Assembly (NCBI GenBank): GCA_022813865.1
Contig: JALDZX010000092.1
Coordinates: forward strand, 1 to 48,847
From: Xylographa opegraphella
Lineage: Eukaryota
Length of the DNA stretch: 48,847 bases
Direction of reading: 5' to 3'
The notes below the pieces were generated by a model. That model had not been told where the DNA came from and searched no databases. It saw only the letters and a list, made by a program, of their open reading frames with translations. Below are positions 1 to 11,452 of this stretch, one piece after another. A program made the position numbers and the translations under genes. Position 1 is the first letter of the stretch, and each line of letters begins with the position of its first letter.

Positions 1-253
1 GTTCGCGATGGAAAGCAGAGACGAATAGATGGACGGGCGGCCGCGACTTTTAACGCGAGGCTCTTCACCGCTGTGAACAGATGGAAAAAAGGGCAAAGTT
101 GCTGGCCTCGCACCTCATATGTACGGGGGGCTCTCGAATAATCCTCAAATTTCCCTTTTCGCGAGCCCCAAACACACAACACCCCCAGTCCTCCGTACTC
201 CGTATACCCCAGCAGGCCGGCCAAGCTCAAAGGGGAAAATAAAAATTCGCAGT

Positions 254-280
254 CACTCACTCACTCACTCACTTACTCAG
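254..280 (+). repeat. Short (CACT)n microsatellite
   Basis: cactcactcactcactcacttactca read directly from the sequence. Confidence 0.75.
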
Positions 281-1349
281 GCGGTCGGCATCCTCCTCGC
301 TCACCGCTCCAGCTATCACATCCGCAACCGCATCAGCCTGGCTCTCCAAGCAAGCCATCCCAGCCGATCCGATCCCATCGCATGCCCATCCCCCCGATCC
401 ATGCCCCCTGCAACCCGCCACTCCACACATCACAGCACAGTACACACACAGTACACAGCTATGTACGGTCCCAAAAACCCCCCAACACAATGCGCACAGC
501 GCACAGCTAACCCCCCGCAAGCGAGCCAACGACCCACACCCGACAAGCAAGCAAGCAGGCACAACAGCACAACATGCACAGTAAGAGGAACAGGTCCCAT
601 CTCACACGCCCACCCACGGCCAGCGTTACCTTATGCCCCCAAGGGCCAAAAAGTGACACACGCCCCCCTTCCCCGCGGGCGCCGCGGGCGCGTGGGAACG
701 TGGCCTAGCGCCCGATATCGGGTCTGGGGAAAAGGGCAGCCGGGGGGTTGTTGGCCCGCTTGGAGCCGGGTCGGTGTTTGTCGTTCGGCTGGAGGGAGAG
801 AGGGGGGGGGGGGAATTAGCAGGGCTGGGCCCTTCTCGGGGATTCGCTTTCGATGGGAGCCGCAGCGACGAAACGGGTCTTGTCGTGGTACGGGAACTGT
901 GGGGATGGGAACGTTCTCTTTTCATTGGTTTCCTCGTCTGGGGAAGCTGGTGGACGGGTGCGTGCGTAGCAGAGGGAAGGGAGGGGGGGGGCGGGGGGAA
1001 GAGTGCGGTTAGAGATGCTGGGGTTACTGGGGCTGGCAGGAGTGGACGGCGAGGTCACGTGCTTTTCTTGGTTGTGGTGGGCTTCTCTGGCTGCCCATCG
1101 GAGAGCCGGAATGATTGAATGAATGGAGGGTGGGAAGGCGAGCATGGGTGATATCTACATTGTATTATTAGATTGTGTATGTATGTATGCCATGGCTTCG
1201 TATCCCCCGCGCCCTCTCCAAGCGAGCGCCGGTGCACCCGATTCCGAAAAAGCCCATAGCGGAGCGTGACCGAACCCGCGCTCCCCTTCGCCCCCACGAA
1301 ACCTGATATACAAAACCGACGACAGTTTCCTCACCCGACCAAGCCGAGA

Positions 1350-3376
1350 CTACACGCCAAAGCGCTCCCCGCCCCTCTTCACCACCCGCAACGCCACCTT
1401 CTCCCGCCGCATCTGCAGCGTGATGATGCTCTCCAAGCCGCGCATCTTCTGCGCCGTGCTCCGCTTCGCCGTCTCCCACAACGCCCTCCGCTGGCGAGCG
1501 TCCATCGCGTCCACCTCCGCGTCGCTCGCCCACTCGTCCACCGCGAGCTCCACGCTGTACTGGCTGAAGACCACCGCCAGCACGACGAGGATCTCCACCT
1601 GCGCGAAACGGCGCCCGATGCACGCGCGATAGCCCTCACTGAAGGGGACGTACGCCCCGCGCGGGGGCTGGAAGTGTGCGGCCGACGTATCGGTGGCGGT
1701 GTTGACGTTGAGGTCGTCACTCTCGGCGACCGGCTTCGGCATTTCATCGCTGTCGTGAGTCAGACCGTGGGCATGGCCCTTCTGGTCCGCGAACCAGCGC
1801 TCGGGCTTGAATTCCTCGAGGTCGTTCGGTGCGGTGGGGTCTTCGGATGCTGATGGGGGCCCGGCGGGCCAGTACTTGGGGTTTCGGTGTGCGGCGGTGG
1901 TGACGAGGTTGACGAGCACGTTGCCCGGGACCGTGCACTTCTTGCCCTCGAGCATGAGGGGCTGCGGGCTGTCCGGGAGGGTGGACTTCGGGATGTTCAC
2001 GACGGGTGGAACGAGGCGGAGTTCCTCGTTGAGGACGGCGCCAGCCATGCCGCTGAAGAGCTTGGGGAGGTCGCGCTCGTAGTCCCATTCGGAAATGGGG
2101 CGGCCGCGGAAGATGCTGTCGAGGTCGGCTTGCAGGCGGCGTTGGGCCGAGGGGTTGCTGGCAAGGTAGATGAGGGAGAAGTGGATGCTGTTGGCGGCGG
2201 TTTCATGGCCGGCGAGGATGAAAACGAAGGAGTTGCCGAGGATCTCTTGCTCGGTGAGGTTAGGCTGAGATGGTTGAATGCCTTTTTCTAGCGACGGCGA
2301 TTCGGTCAAGGACTCGGGGGTGATTCCGGCGCCTTTGACCAGGGCACCCATGAGGTCAAGACCTTCTGTTTCCTTCCCCGTGGCAAAGTCCGCCTTTTTC
2401 AGTTGGAGCATTTCGTTCATGTATTTGCCCCATTCGACATAGGACTCGCGAGCTGTTTGTATGCGCTTGATTGGTAGATTATCTATGATGATCAGTCAGC
2501 AGATAATTTCAGTTTCATCTTCGAGGCTACTATACTCAATAAGAATCTTGGCAAGAGCATTACCCAGAGCAGATTGTGGAGTAACGTCTGAAGTGCGTCT
2601 GTGTAGTTCAATGTATGCCCCTCGTCGATTTCACTAGGACTGTTCTTCTCGTCCGAAGTCTTTTGCTCGGTTTCTGTCTTCGTCTTTGAATCATCACCAA
2701 TGCCTGGCCATTGCAGCTGAACACCAAAGCCAGCCCGACTGATGACATGAAGACTCAACCGCATAGCATCATCGCCCACAGTCTTCACCGTATGTTTTCG
2801 AACCCCACCGGTTCCAATCCAGCTTTTAAGCATATCTTGCGCCTGAACCAGCGTCTCTGACCATACGAGGTGATTGTTCTTCTCCGTGAATGGTGGACTG
2901 ACCACCTTCCTGTGATGTCTCCATACCTGCCCTTCTGTAGAGACCACGTTCTTGCCAAATATATCCACACTGCGATACATATGGATAGGCTTGGGAAAGT
3001 CGTTTCTTCTTGTGGTAATCTGACTTATGGCAGTCGCATCGGCAGTCCACAGCATTATCCCTGGTGTTCCTGGTGCTACAGTGAGGAACGTATCGGTTTC
3101 CAGTTTCCTGAACAGCTCATAACGCTGTACCCAGCCCCACTCTGTTGTCAACACATCGAGCCATGGGAAGGTCCAAGCCTGTGGTAGTTTACGGAGGTGT
3201 CGCATCAAAGGACGATGCAGGAGTAGCCATATCGTGTTGAATAAATAAACAGGGGTGATAATATATGGTATGCCGGAGGCTTTCGCCGCCGCGAGATTCC
3301 TAGCAAACGACCGGTACGTAGTATAGAGCCATGCCGTTACCAGACCAGACAGGATCAAAGCAATGAAACCCAGCAT
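1350..3376 (-). CDS. Cytochrome P450 monooxygenase, 2 exons (3376-2536, 2482-1350); family not assigned
   Basis: N-terminal hydrophobic anchor (MLGFIALILSGLVTAWLY), WxxxR (WRHHRK), I-helix AGHETAA, ExxR (EELR), PERW and heme motif FSEGYRACIG. A 53-nt intron at 2535-2483 (GTATAG...GCTGAC...TAG) joins the two ORFs in frame (..FLLN/NLPIKRIQ..). Confidence 0.95.
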
Positions 3377-5349
3377 CGTTTCCGTGATTGGCTTGTGATG
3401 TCGAGTAATTGAATGTATGAAGGCAGGTCAATATAGACGAATTTGAAACATGCAATCCTGGAGATTACGTGGAGAAAACTTCCGAACCTATCGTACTATT
3501 ATCTGGTACAAGAATATCATATATAGTACTCAGGGGCGAGTTGCAACAGAAGGATAGAGGACGATGGCACAAGAGGAGATCTGTGTGCAGTAATTCTGCA
3601 CACCTTTTGAACCATACAAGAAACAGATGATGAGGGCGTGGTAACTCGGTAAGAAGGTCGAGACCGCTGCTAGGCTCGGTCTCGAAGAAAAGTCAAATTT
3701 ATCGAAGATTGCCATGGGTGTATCGAGCATTAGAAGGCCCTTCCTTCCAATCAAAAGCAGGCTGAAGAGACCGCAAGCATGCTTAGAGCACGTTTATGAC
3801 ATCTCGAGGTCAGTCGCACACCCATCGCTTCAACTAGAACAACTGCTAGAAGGCATCGCTTAGATACATTCAGCCGGATACTTCGATATCCGGGTCGACA
3901 CTCTGCCACGCCTGCTTCAGGCCGCGAGCCGCGGCATCTCTATCTCAAGAGGGGCAAAGACTCCACGTCTTGTTCCAACCGCGTGGTAATCGTGGCGTTG
4001 ACATGATTGCGACAAATGGGCAAATCGACGGGCGGGACGGTGTGAACTTTGCTACTCGTTGGTGCCGAGACGAAGCGCCATTAGGCCACTCAGGGGCCAA
4101 GCAGGATCCCAGTCCTTTGCAAGCGGAAGTGGCCTAGCCGGCTTCGTCGGCAAACGTCCGCGCCGGTCTGGATGGTGTGACGTCAAAGTAGGATACGGCA
4201 GCCGATGGAATGAATGAACAGCAGTACAAGTTGCTGCAAATATCCAATGCGTACCTAGCACACAAACAAGACATCAATGCTAAGACATACCTGCGGACCG
4301 TAGCCTGCTTGCCTAGCACAGCAGGCAAGAAACACTTGAATCTCCACCGTGAGCTGGAAACTAGAGCCGAATGTGGAATACCTACTTTGAATATATTACC
4401 GTTATCTTACTCGATCGACAATTGCAGTCCTCAGAAGAACAAATGCAACCGGTAACACGAGAAATCACAGTGGGAAAAGAAGAAGCATGGTCAGTGCATG
4501 ATTTTGAGCGCCACACCAACGACCGATATCAGAACTGCTGGCCATATTCTTAGGTACCAGACAATTACCGTACTCATCGTCAGTCTTCACCCTGATCATG
4601 GATGAGAACTCCACACGGTTCTTGGTAGAAAAGTGGTCCTCGTAACCACTCTTTGCCAGTGGAAACCTCTTTCCATTATTTTTAGGTAACCGAGAGAGGT
4701 CGCTTGCTTAGCGAACATGGCTCATGTTGCCGTCCTTGCATACCTTAGGTCGAGAGACGTCGTGCAGCATCTTCTCCCTGAGGCTGAGACATGCCCAGGA
4801 TCCTATGATAGCTCTCTTTCACAAGCCGTTGAAGTGATTTGGGGTTCTCAGCGAATGCTAGTCAGTAGCTGCCACCGTATACAAAGTAGCTCAATGCCAT
4901 AACCCTGGAGCAGCAATAATGCAGCCTGTTCGTCTCGATTCATCGATTTGTGAAGATCAAATGAAAAGTGCTTCTGATACGATTGCACGGTTAACGAGAA
5001 CTTTTCAAGCGGTAGGTTCGGAGTCAGCTGAATTGAATCGCAGATGTAACCTACATTTTTGAGTGAGAAATGTTTGGGTGTGCACAGTATTTGACACTAG
5101 CGCATGCGTTAACATCGGCACTAGTAACACCCTCACGTTTCAAATGATAGGATACGCAAATTCCACCGAAAAACCGGGGAGACCTCCCTGTCCATGGACA
5201 AAAGCTTAGTGAACTACTCAGTAACAATAATTCGACTGACGAGCTTCCTGCTTTGTTGTCGGGCACGCGTGACTGGCTTTTACCCATACATCAGGCATGC
5301 CTAATTACATAACGCCAAAACACATGCTGAGCTGGATAGCATAAGCTCA

Positions 5350-7227
5350 TTACAAGACCCCAAACATCAAACTTCCCAACAACGCCAGTCCTGCCCAACC
5401 CCACAGCCCCGACGTCCCGCCCAGTGCCACTCGAGAAGCACTGCTGGTGTCGTTGCCACTGCCGTTCCCACTACCGGTGGAGAGTCCGAATGGCAGACCT
5501 TGGTAACCAAACGTAAGATTCTGCTTGATCGATGCATTGTAGCAGTGCCCATTTGCAATGTCTAGGTTTTTGAGATCGTCCTAGATGAAGTTAGCTTCAG
5601 GTAGGCGAAAATGATCGTTCTATGCCCGAGTGGGCGTTTGCAAACAACTAGACAGCGGATCGTGACTTACAGGTACCAAGAAGAACATGTACGACTGCTG
5701 ATTCAATGACTGAAAGCCACTGGTATCGTACGGGAAGTGATCGAGTGGATCGGTGGCGCTGGTGTTACGGAGAAATATGCACTGACAATCTATCAATTAC
5801 CTCTAGTTTCCGGAGGTCGATGATGACCCTCAGCACGTACCTGGACTTGATTGGGAAATTCGGTGGCCATTAATGGATAGTCTCTCATGACATCACTCTA
5901 TACAGTGGAGTTTGAGATTAGCACTACTCGTCCTCGATCAAGGAACAGACTTCGGACAACTTGGAAATGGGCATGATTTATAATTCACTTTTCCGTGACG
6001 CTTGGACGGAGAGGGTCAGAGAATACGAACGTTGGATGTGTCAGCCACGAGAATGAATTTCCGCTGGGGAAATGTCTGGAATATTCTCTCCAGTAGGTAT
6101 TTGCGAATTGATACAGTGGCGGCCACATTGGAGAAGTTGAGTGGCCGAGTATCAAAGGAGCCAAGGGGGTAGTTGCCATAGATAAATGACATATACGGCC
6201 TTGTCGCTTGTTCCGGAGTAGTAGTAAGGTAGTGGAAGTGGAGGTCAGTGAGAGATGTACTCCAATTCAGATATATCTCCGGCATGTTCATCCATGGGAC
6301 GAACTGCTTGGCGAATGTATTGAACAGCCCGTTCTTCGGGTCGTAGATCTGAGTGATTCGCAGTATGTCATCTATGTCCGAAATAACTGTCATGCCTTGA
6401 TCGGGTACCAGATAGGCACTTGCGTTTCCAGTATTTGTTCCTTGCACATACTCGTTCAAGAGCTGAATTTGGTTGGTTGCGTTGCCAGGTGTCAAGCCCG
6501 CATTGTTTATCTGCACAAAGCCATCCACATCCCCTTCTTCAGTTGTAGGTATAGGATAGTCAATAATCTGACTTCCTCCCCCTGGCGTGACTGCTCCTCC
6601 ATCAACACCAGCAGTTGGCGCGGGTGCCAAAGAAAACGTGATGTTCTCGTTGCTTTGTTGTATAACGTAAATCTCGGCCGTGAGATTTACGGCCTGCGAG
6701 GATTGCGCAGCTGGTAGTGATTGAACTGATGTACCAATCAAGAAGCCATTCGCCAAGTCGTCCAATTTGCTTTGGCTTATATCTGGCTGTTTGTAAACCA
6801 TCGCTCTGAACCGTAAGTTCCAACCCTGATCTGTATAATTTGCATAGCCACTATTCTGGTGAGTTAGCAGAGACGAGCATAATAGAAGCAGGTTTTCCTA
6901 CGGAAGGTTCAGGACCTGCGTTGGCAGGGCTGCAACCTGGCTATCATCCAAGCCCAAACTGCTCTGTACATCGGCGCCAGCTGGAAAATCCGAAAAGACC
7001 GCGGCAACATCCGAGGATGCTGATGCTAATAGGGAGGACAAGTCACTCTCGATATGACTGATAATGTCCCTCTTAGCATTGTTTGTGGTCTTGCTTGGTG
7101 TCCAGGCTACAGGCGGAGGCGTAATCAATGGCTGTTCAGGTCGAGCAGCGACTGAATCGAAAGGAGCTGGGGAAGCAGAAATGAATGGAAGAAGTGTAAT
7201 CAATGCTAGGGAGCCGATTGCAAACAT
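5350..7227 (-). CDS. App1-like (DUF2183-type) HAD phosphatase-domain protein with signal peptide and probable GPI-anchor signal; 5 exons (7227-6902, 6850-6031, 5897-5841, 5781-5671, 5580-5350)
   Basis: Motifs VISDIDDILR, HFHYLTTTP, FPQRKFILVADTS and CIFLRN resemble the App1 catalytic domain. Four GT-AG introns (6901-6851, 6030-5898, 5840-5782, 5670-5581) all keep the frame. N-terminal signal peptide MFAIGSLALITLLPFISA; the C-terminus is a Ser/Gly linker plus hydrophobic tail (..GLWGWAGLALLGSLMFGVL*). Confidence 0.82.
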
Positions 7228-7885
7228 CTTGTCAATCTAAACCTGTGTACGTAGTAGAAAAACCGTTAGGCTCGTACAAAGAGTGAGAACGACGAAGGAG
7301 AGTGACTTGCGAGCTCTAATTTGCAAGACCAATGAATTTATACAATGCAGTTAACTTCAAGGATTCAGCCTGTCCGAAGAAAGCTGATCGCCTAAAATAA
7401 AGTAATAAGAGTTCTGGTCGCAAGCACAACCGCCATAATTGCTGGTTAGTTCCTTGATTTATTGTTTACCATGAAAGACGCTACCAATCGGATGAGACAA
7501 TTACGGATCACTGTCAGCACCGCCACAATGACGGAATGAAAAGTGGCGGTGCACAGCGTGATGTGGCTCGCTGCCCCTTTTTGGCCTGAACCGAGCAGCA
7601 ACACACGCGAGGACTCGTAATGTGTCATTGGAATAGCTTTCGTTCATCACAGTGCTGAAGACGGGGTCCAGCAAAGTCATTGGCTATGATGAGATTTGTA
7701 CGTATCTTGTTGGAGTCGAATCTACGAAAGCTTTGCTGGTGCTGGATGGTCAATTCTTTTAAGAGTAAAACCACAAATACTGTACAAGTTCGCCAATTGT
7801 GGTCTTACTTGGAAATTCGTAGGATAAGAGACAGAGAATTATACTCCTGCAGCTTGACCGCCTCACTTGGTAGAGATCCGCAATC

Positions 7886-9159
7886 ATGGCAGAGCTGTAC
7901 CACATACTAGATCCTGGAGGGGACCTTGTTCTGATATTGAACACGACTTCTCCTGTTACAGATGCGAATCCAATTAGCCCAGATAGCACTGATACAACTG
8001 GTTGTCTCAGCCCGTTTCCTAGGAATCTATCTCTAGTCTTGCTAATATATACAGGTTCTTCAACCTCAAGTCCCGAGCCTGAAACTAGCAAAAGCCAAGA
8101 AGTTCGTTTTCGAGTCTCTTCCAAACATCTGACGCTGGCCTCCCGTGTGTTCGATTCCATGCTAAAACCTGGGTTTTCAGAGGGAGACAAACTTCGTACT
8201 CAGGGCCATGCTGATATCCGGTTGCCGGAAGACAATCCTACTGCTCTACTAATCTTGTTAAATCTTACGCATGGCAGATTCAGAAAAGTACCTCGCAAGG
8301 TGAACTTACATATGCTTACGGAACTCGCTATACTTGTGGACAAATATGAGCTTTTGGAAATTACTGAGACAGTGTTGGATTCGTGGCTAGAAAAACTAGA
8401 AAACAGCATGGCGAAAGAGTTCGACGATGATCTACTCCCGTGGATCTGTATTTCATACGTGTTCAAAAGAGCAAAGATGTTCCAGCATGTTACCAAAATA
8501 GCACAGTTACGCAGTAAAGGTCCTATGACAGAGTCACGGCTCCCAATACCGGAGCCAGTTTTGAGTAAGTGACCAAAACAATTTCTAAGGTACGCGAGAC
8601 TGAACGTTGAGTAGGTAAAATCAACGTATCTCGGGAGAAGGCGTTGACCGAAATTTTCTCATATGTACAGTCCGTTCTGAAGAGCTATCAAGGCGGCAAA
8701 GAGATCTGTCCTTTTTCAGGCCGCAGATGCTCTGCAATGATTCTAGGTTCTTTGACCATGGAGCTAGCTGCAATGGGTCTTCTACAGCCGTCGAAATGTC
8801 CGTATATCGGGTTCTCTTACAGGACGGTCACGCAGCACCTTAGTGAGATCAAAATACTTCAGCTTTGCGGGTTACCCTCTGAGTCCAAGTCCGCCATTTT
8901 GGGATTCAACTCCGGCTCTATTTTTGCACAGAGCTCTGTCCCTGCTTTTAGGCCTGACTCTGCATCAGCGAATAATAGACCCCAGCCTGCCACTGTTGGA
9001 ACCGGCCACGGCTCCGCTGCCACCGTAGGGTCCGGGTCCGGCCCTTTGCAGGCCGGGCCTTTCCCCCAAAAATGTCGGGGGGTAATGGACTCAATACTGA
9101 TCCAGATATCGCGGCTAGAAGGACAATTTGACGGGCTACACTTGGACCCCCTCCAATGA
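7886..9159 (+). CDS. Fungal BTB/POZ-domain protein; introns 8001-8054 (in frame, probable) and 8565-8614
   Basis: Typical fungal BTB signature: LDPGGDLVLIL...RFRVSSKHLTLASRVFDSML...FSEG...LPEDNP.ALLILLNLTHG...LAILVDKY. Intron GTAAGT...TAG (8565-8614) joins to the 8644-9159 ORF in frame; the C-terminal exon has the CxxxxxxC..MILGSL pattern common in this family. Confidence 0.88.
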
Positions 9160-9754
9160 AAGCCATAGGTTCCGCAGTCCTGCTAATTACAGAACCCGCT
9201 ACGCTGGGACTGCAAGCATCTGGATTATATGGAAGGAATATTGTTGGGACACTCGAGGGGGTACAGGTTATTACGAGATGCTGCTCGAGATGCTGTTCAA
9301 AAAGATAGGATGGAACACCACTGATTGGCGACTGTGACAAGGCTTTGATTCTGGGCCATGCGACCCGCTGAACTAGTCTCCAGCTTACATAGTATGTACA
9401 CGCACAAATGTACCTCCGCTGTAGTCATCAGAAAACATTAGACAAAACTGCACATACGATATCTACTGCTTTCCGCAGCAGCAGAGCTGGCTTAGAGTAG
9501 ATATTTCACACTACAATGACACGGAAACCTCGAACGAGTCGAATGTAGAAATCCGTTCGAATACTATGATATAATCTTGTCCACTTGTGTATGCTCTATG
9601 CCATACGCTCTCTGTCACAAAAGTCCTCCGACGAAGAATAACAAGCTCCAACCTCCCAGAAGGCGAAGAGTACAAAAAAAAGGAGTGTGCGTGCTCGGGT
9701 CGAAGACCCATATGTTATGCTGTTGATGACCGCCCCAACGGCAAAGGAATTGAA

Positions 9755-11452
9755 TCACGCCCAGCTGCCCACCCGTTTGCCGTCCGCAGCATGCGGTGAT
9801 TGTTCGTTGCGATCTTCGTCGTCGTCTGAGCTCCAGCGGAAGGGGCCCCATCCGTAGGGCTTCGGCTTGGAAGGTTTAGCAGAAGATCAGGTTGCGCAAT
9901 ATTGGGCAACTTGGGACAATGAGAACATACCTTGTGAGTCTTGTGCGGGGCATGGTGGTGATGATAGAAATACTCCGACGGCATACTTTTCGTAATGGTG
10001 GTGAAGGAGTACGGAGCCGGGGCTGACGGGATGCTGGTCGTGGTCACACTCAAAGGGTCCTCCGTGCAAGTATCGGTCGACGTCGTTGCCGAGGAAGAAC
10101 TGGGTGAGGTGTATGTGTAGAGGGGGTATGAGGGTATACCCGGTGCAGAGGTCGCGAACGTGGGGCCGAGGGTGCTGGTGTTGAAGACCGGATATGTGAA
10201 GGAAGATGGTGGCGACGTTGCGGGAAGGCCTCCGTCGTTCGAGCTGACCGATGGGATGCTGAAGGTGTATGAGAAGGAGGAGTTCGCGGTCCCAGGGGCG
10301 AAACCACTGCTGGCGGTACCGAAGCTGGTGTATAATGGAGGGGTCGGGAGGACGGTCTCTGTGATTGTGGTATAGATGACGGTCGTGTTAAAAGTGACTG
10401 TCCCGGTCAATGAAGCAGGAATAGCGCCCCCGGAACTCGAGACTGGTGCGGTCCCGAAGGACGTCAAAGGAGGAACAGCGGTAGCGGTAGCGTTTGTATA
10501 AAGAGGCGGCAAGCCGGAGTAGGGCAATGGTCCACCGGTCCCTGATGAAGCTGCCGTAGGGAAGGAGCTGATTGTATGGAGAGGGAATACAGTCGTAGTA
10601 TTGGGATAGGACGCAGGAGAAGTTGCCGGGAGAGCCCCATTATTGCTTGAGACGGGAACGGAAGTATATATGTAGCTCCCAGAGGAATAGAACGAGGGTG
10701 TGGAAGTTGTTGCGATATAGGTAGGGCCCGCGGAGGAATTGAGGTAAGGTGCTGTCGAATAACCCGAATAACTGAGTGGGCCACCACCACTGCTACCAAA
10801 ACCTCCCGTTGGTGCGGTAAGGCTCACACCACTATATGCAGTCGGGCCTATCTTTCCACTCGTGTAGTTCTTCGTGTGGTGCTTCTTCGAGTGGTGATAA
10901 GACAATAACGTGGCATTGTATATTGGCAAAGGATATCCAGTGCTTGAAGGTGCATAGGTCGAAGGGACAGTGATTATAGCTGGGTCTGTTGTTCCGGGGG
11001 CTGTTGCACTTCGCGGTCCTCCTGTGCCGCTTGGAATAGAGAAACTGAAAGTATAAATCGGTGCCGAAGGAAACGTAATTGATAATGAGCTGGTGGACGC
11101 AAGCGTGGATACTGGATAAACACCCGTGCTCGGCCCCGAGGGTGCGAATGCACCAGCAGAACTTGAAACCGGGAACCCGCTCACAGAGCCACTGGGTAGA
11201 TGCGTAGGATGATGATGCTTTTCTGAATATGGGTATGGTGGCACCGTTTCATTGGCACATCGGGCACGAATATTATCTGGTCGATGTTCTTGAGAAACGT
11301 TAGCTTTCCAGTCCGAATATTGTTCTCGATAGTTTGAATATGAGGCTCGCAGATATATCAATTGGGTTGATAGGATGTAAGATGTAGTAGACAGCTTGAT
11401 GTACCGTGGCTCAATGTGTACCAAGGAAAGAAATTATTCGCCGACGAGGCAT
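9755..11452 (-). CDS. Ser/Thr/Pro/Gly-rich low-complexity protein with His-rich patches (mucin/cell-wall-like composition); start and first exon uncertain
   Basis: Long open frame (about 11276-9931) dominated by S/T/P/G/Y. A 3' intron at 9930-9866 (GTATGT...GCTAAA...AAG) gives the C-terminus PKPYGWGPFRWSSDDDEDRNEQSPHAADGKRVGSWA*. A possible first exon is 11452-11422 (MPRRRIISFL), spliced to 11276 through a weak donor. Confidence 0.6.

Noticed and set aside
119..1012. 297-aa plus-strand ORF
   Set aside because: Its composition simply mirrors the C/A-rich then G-rich low-complexity DNA; no domain is recognisable. Likely a chance ORF in GC-rich sequence.
3400..5340. Short ORFs in the spacer between the P450 and App1-like genes
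   Set aside because: All are under 90 aa, and I could not build a consistent exon chain or recognise a motif.
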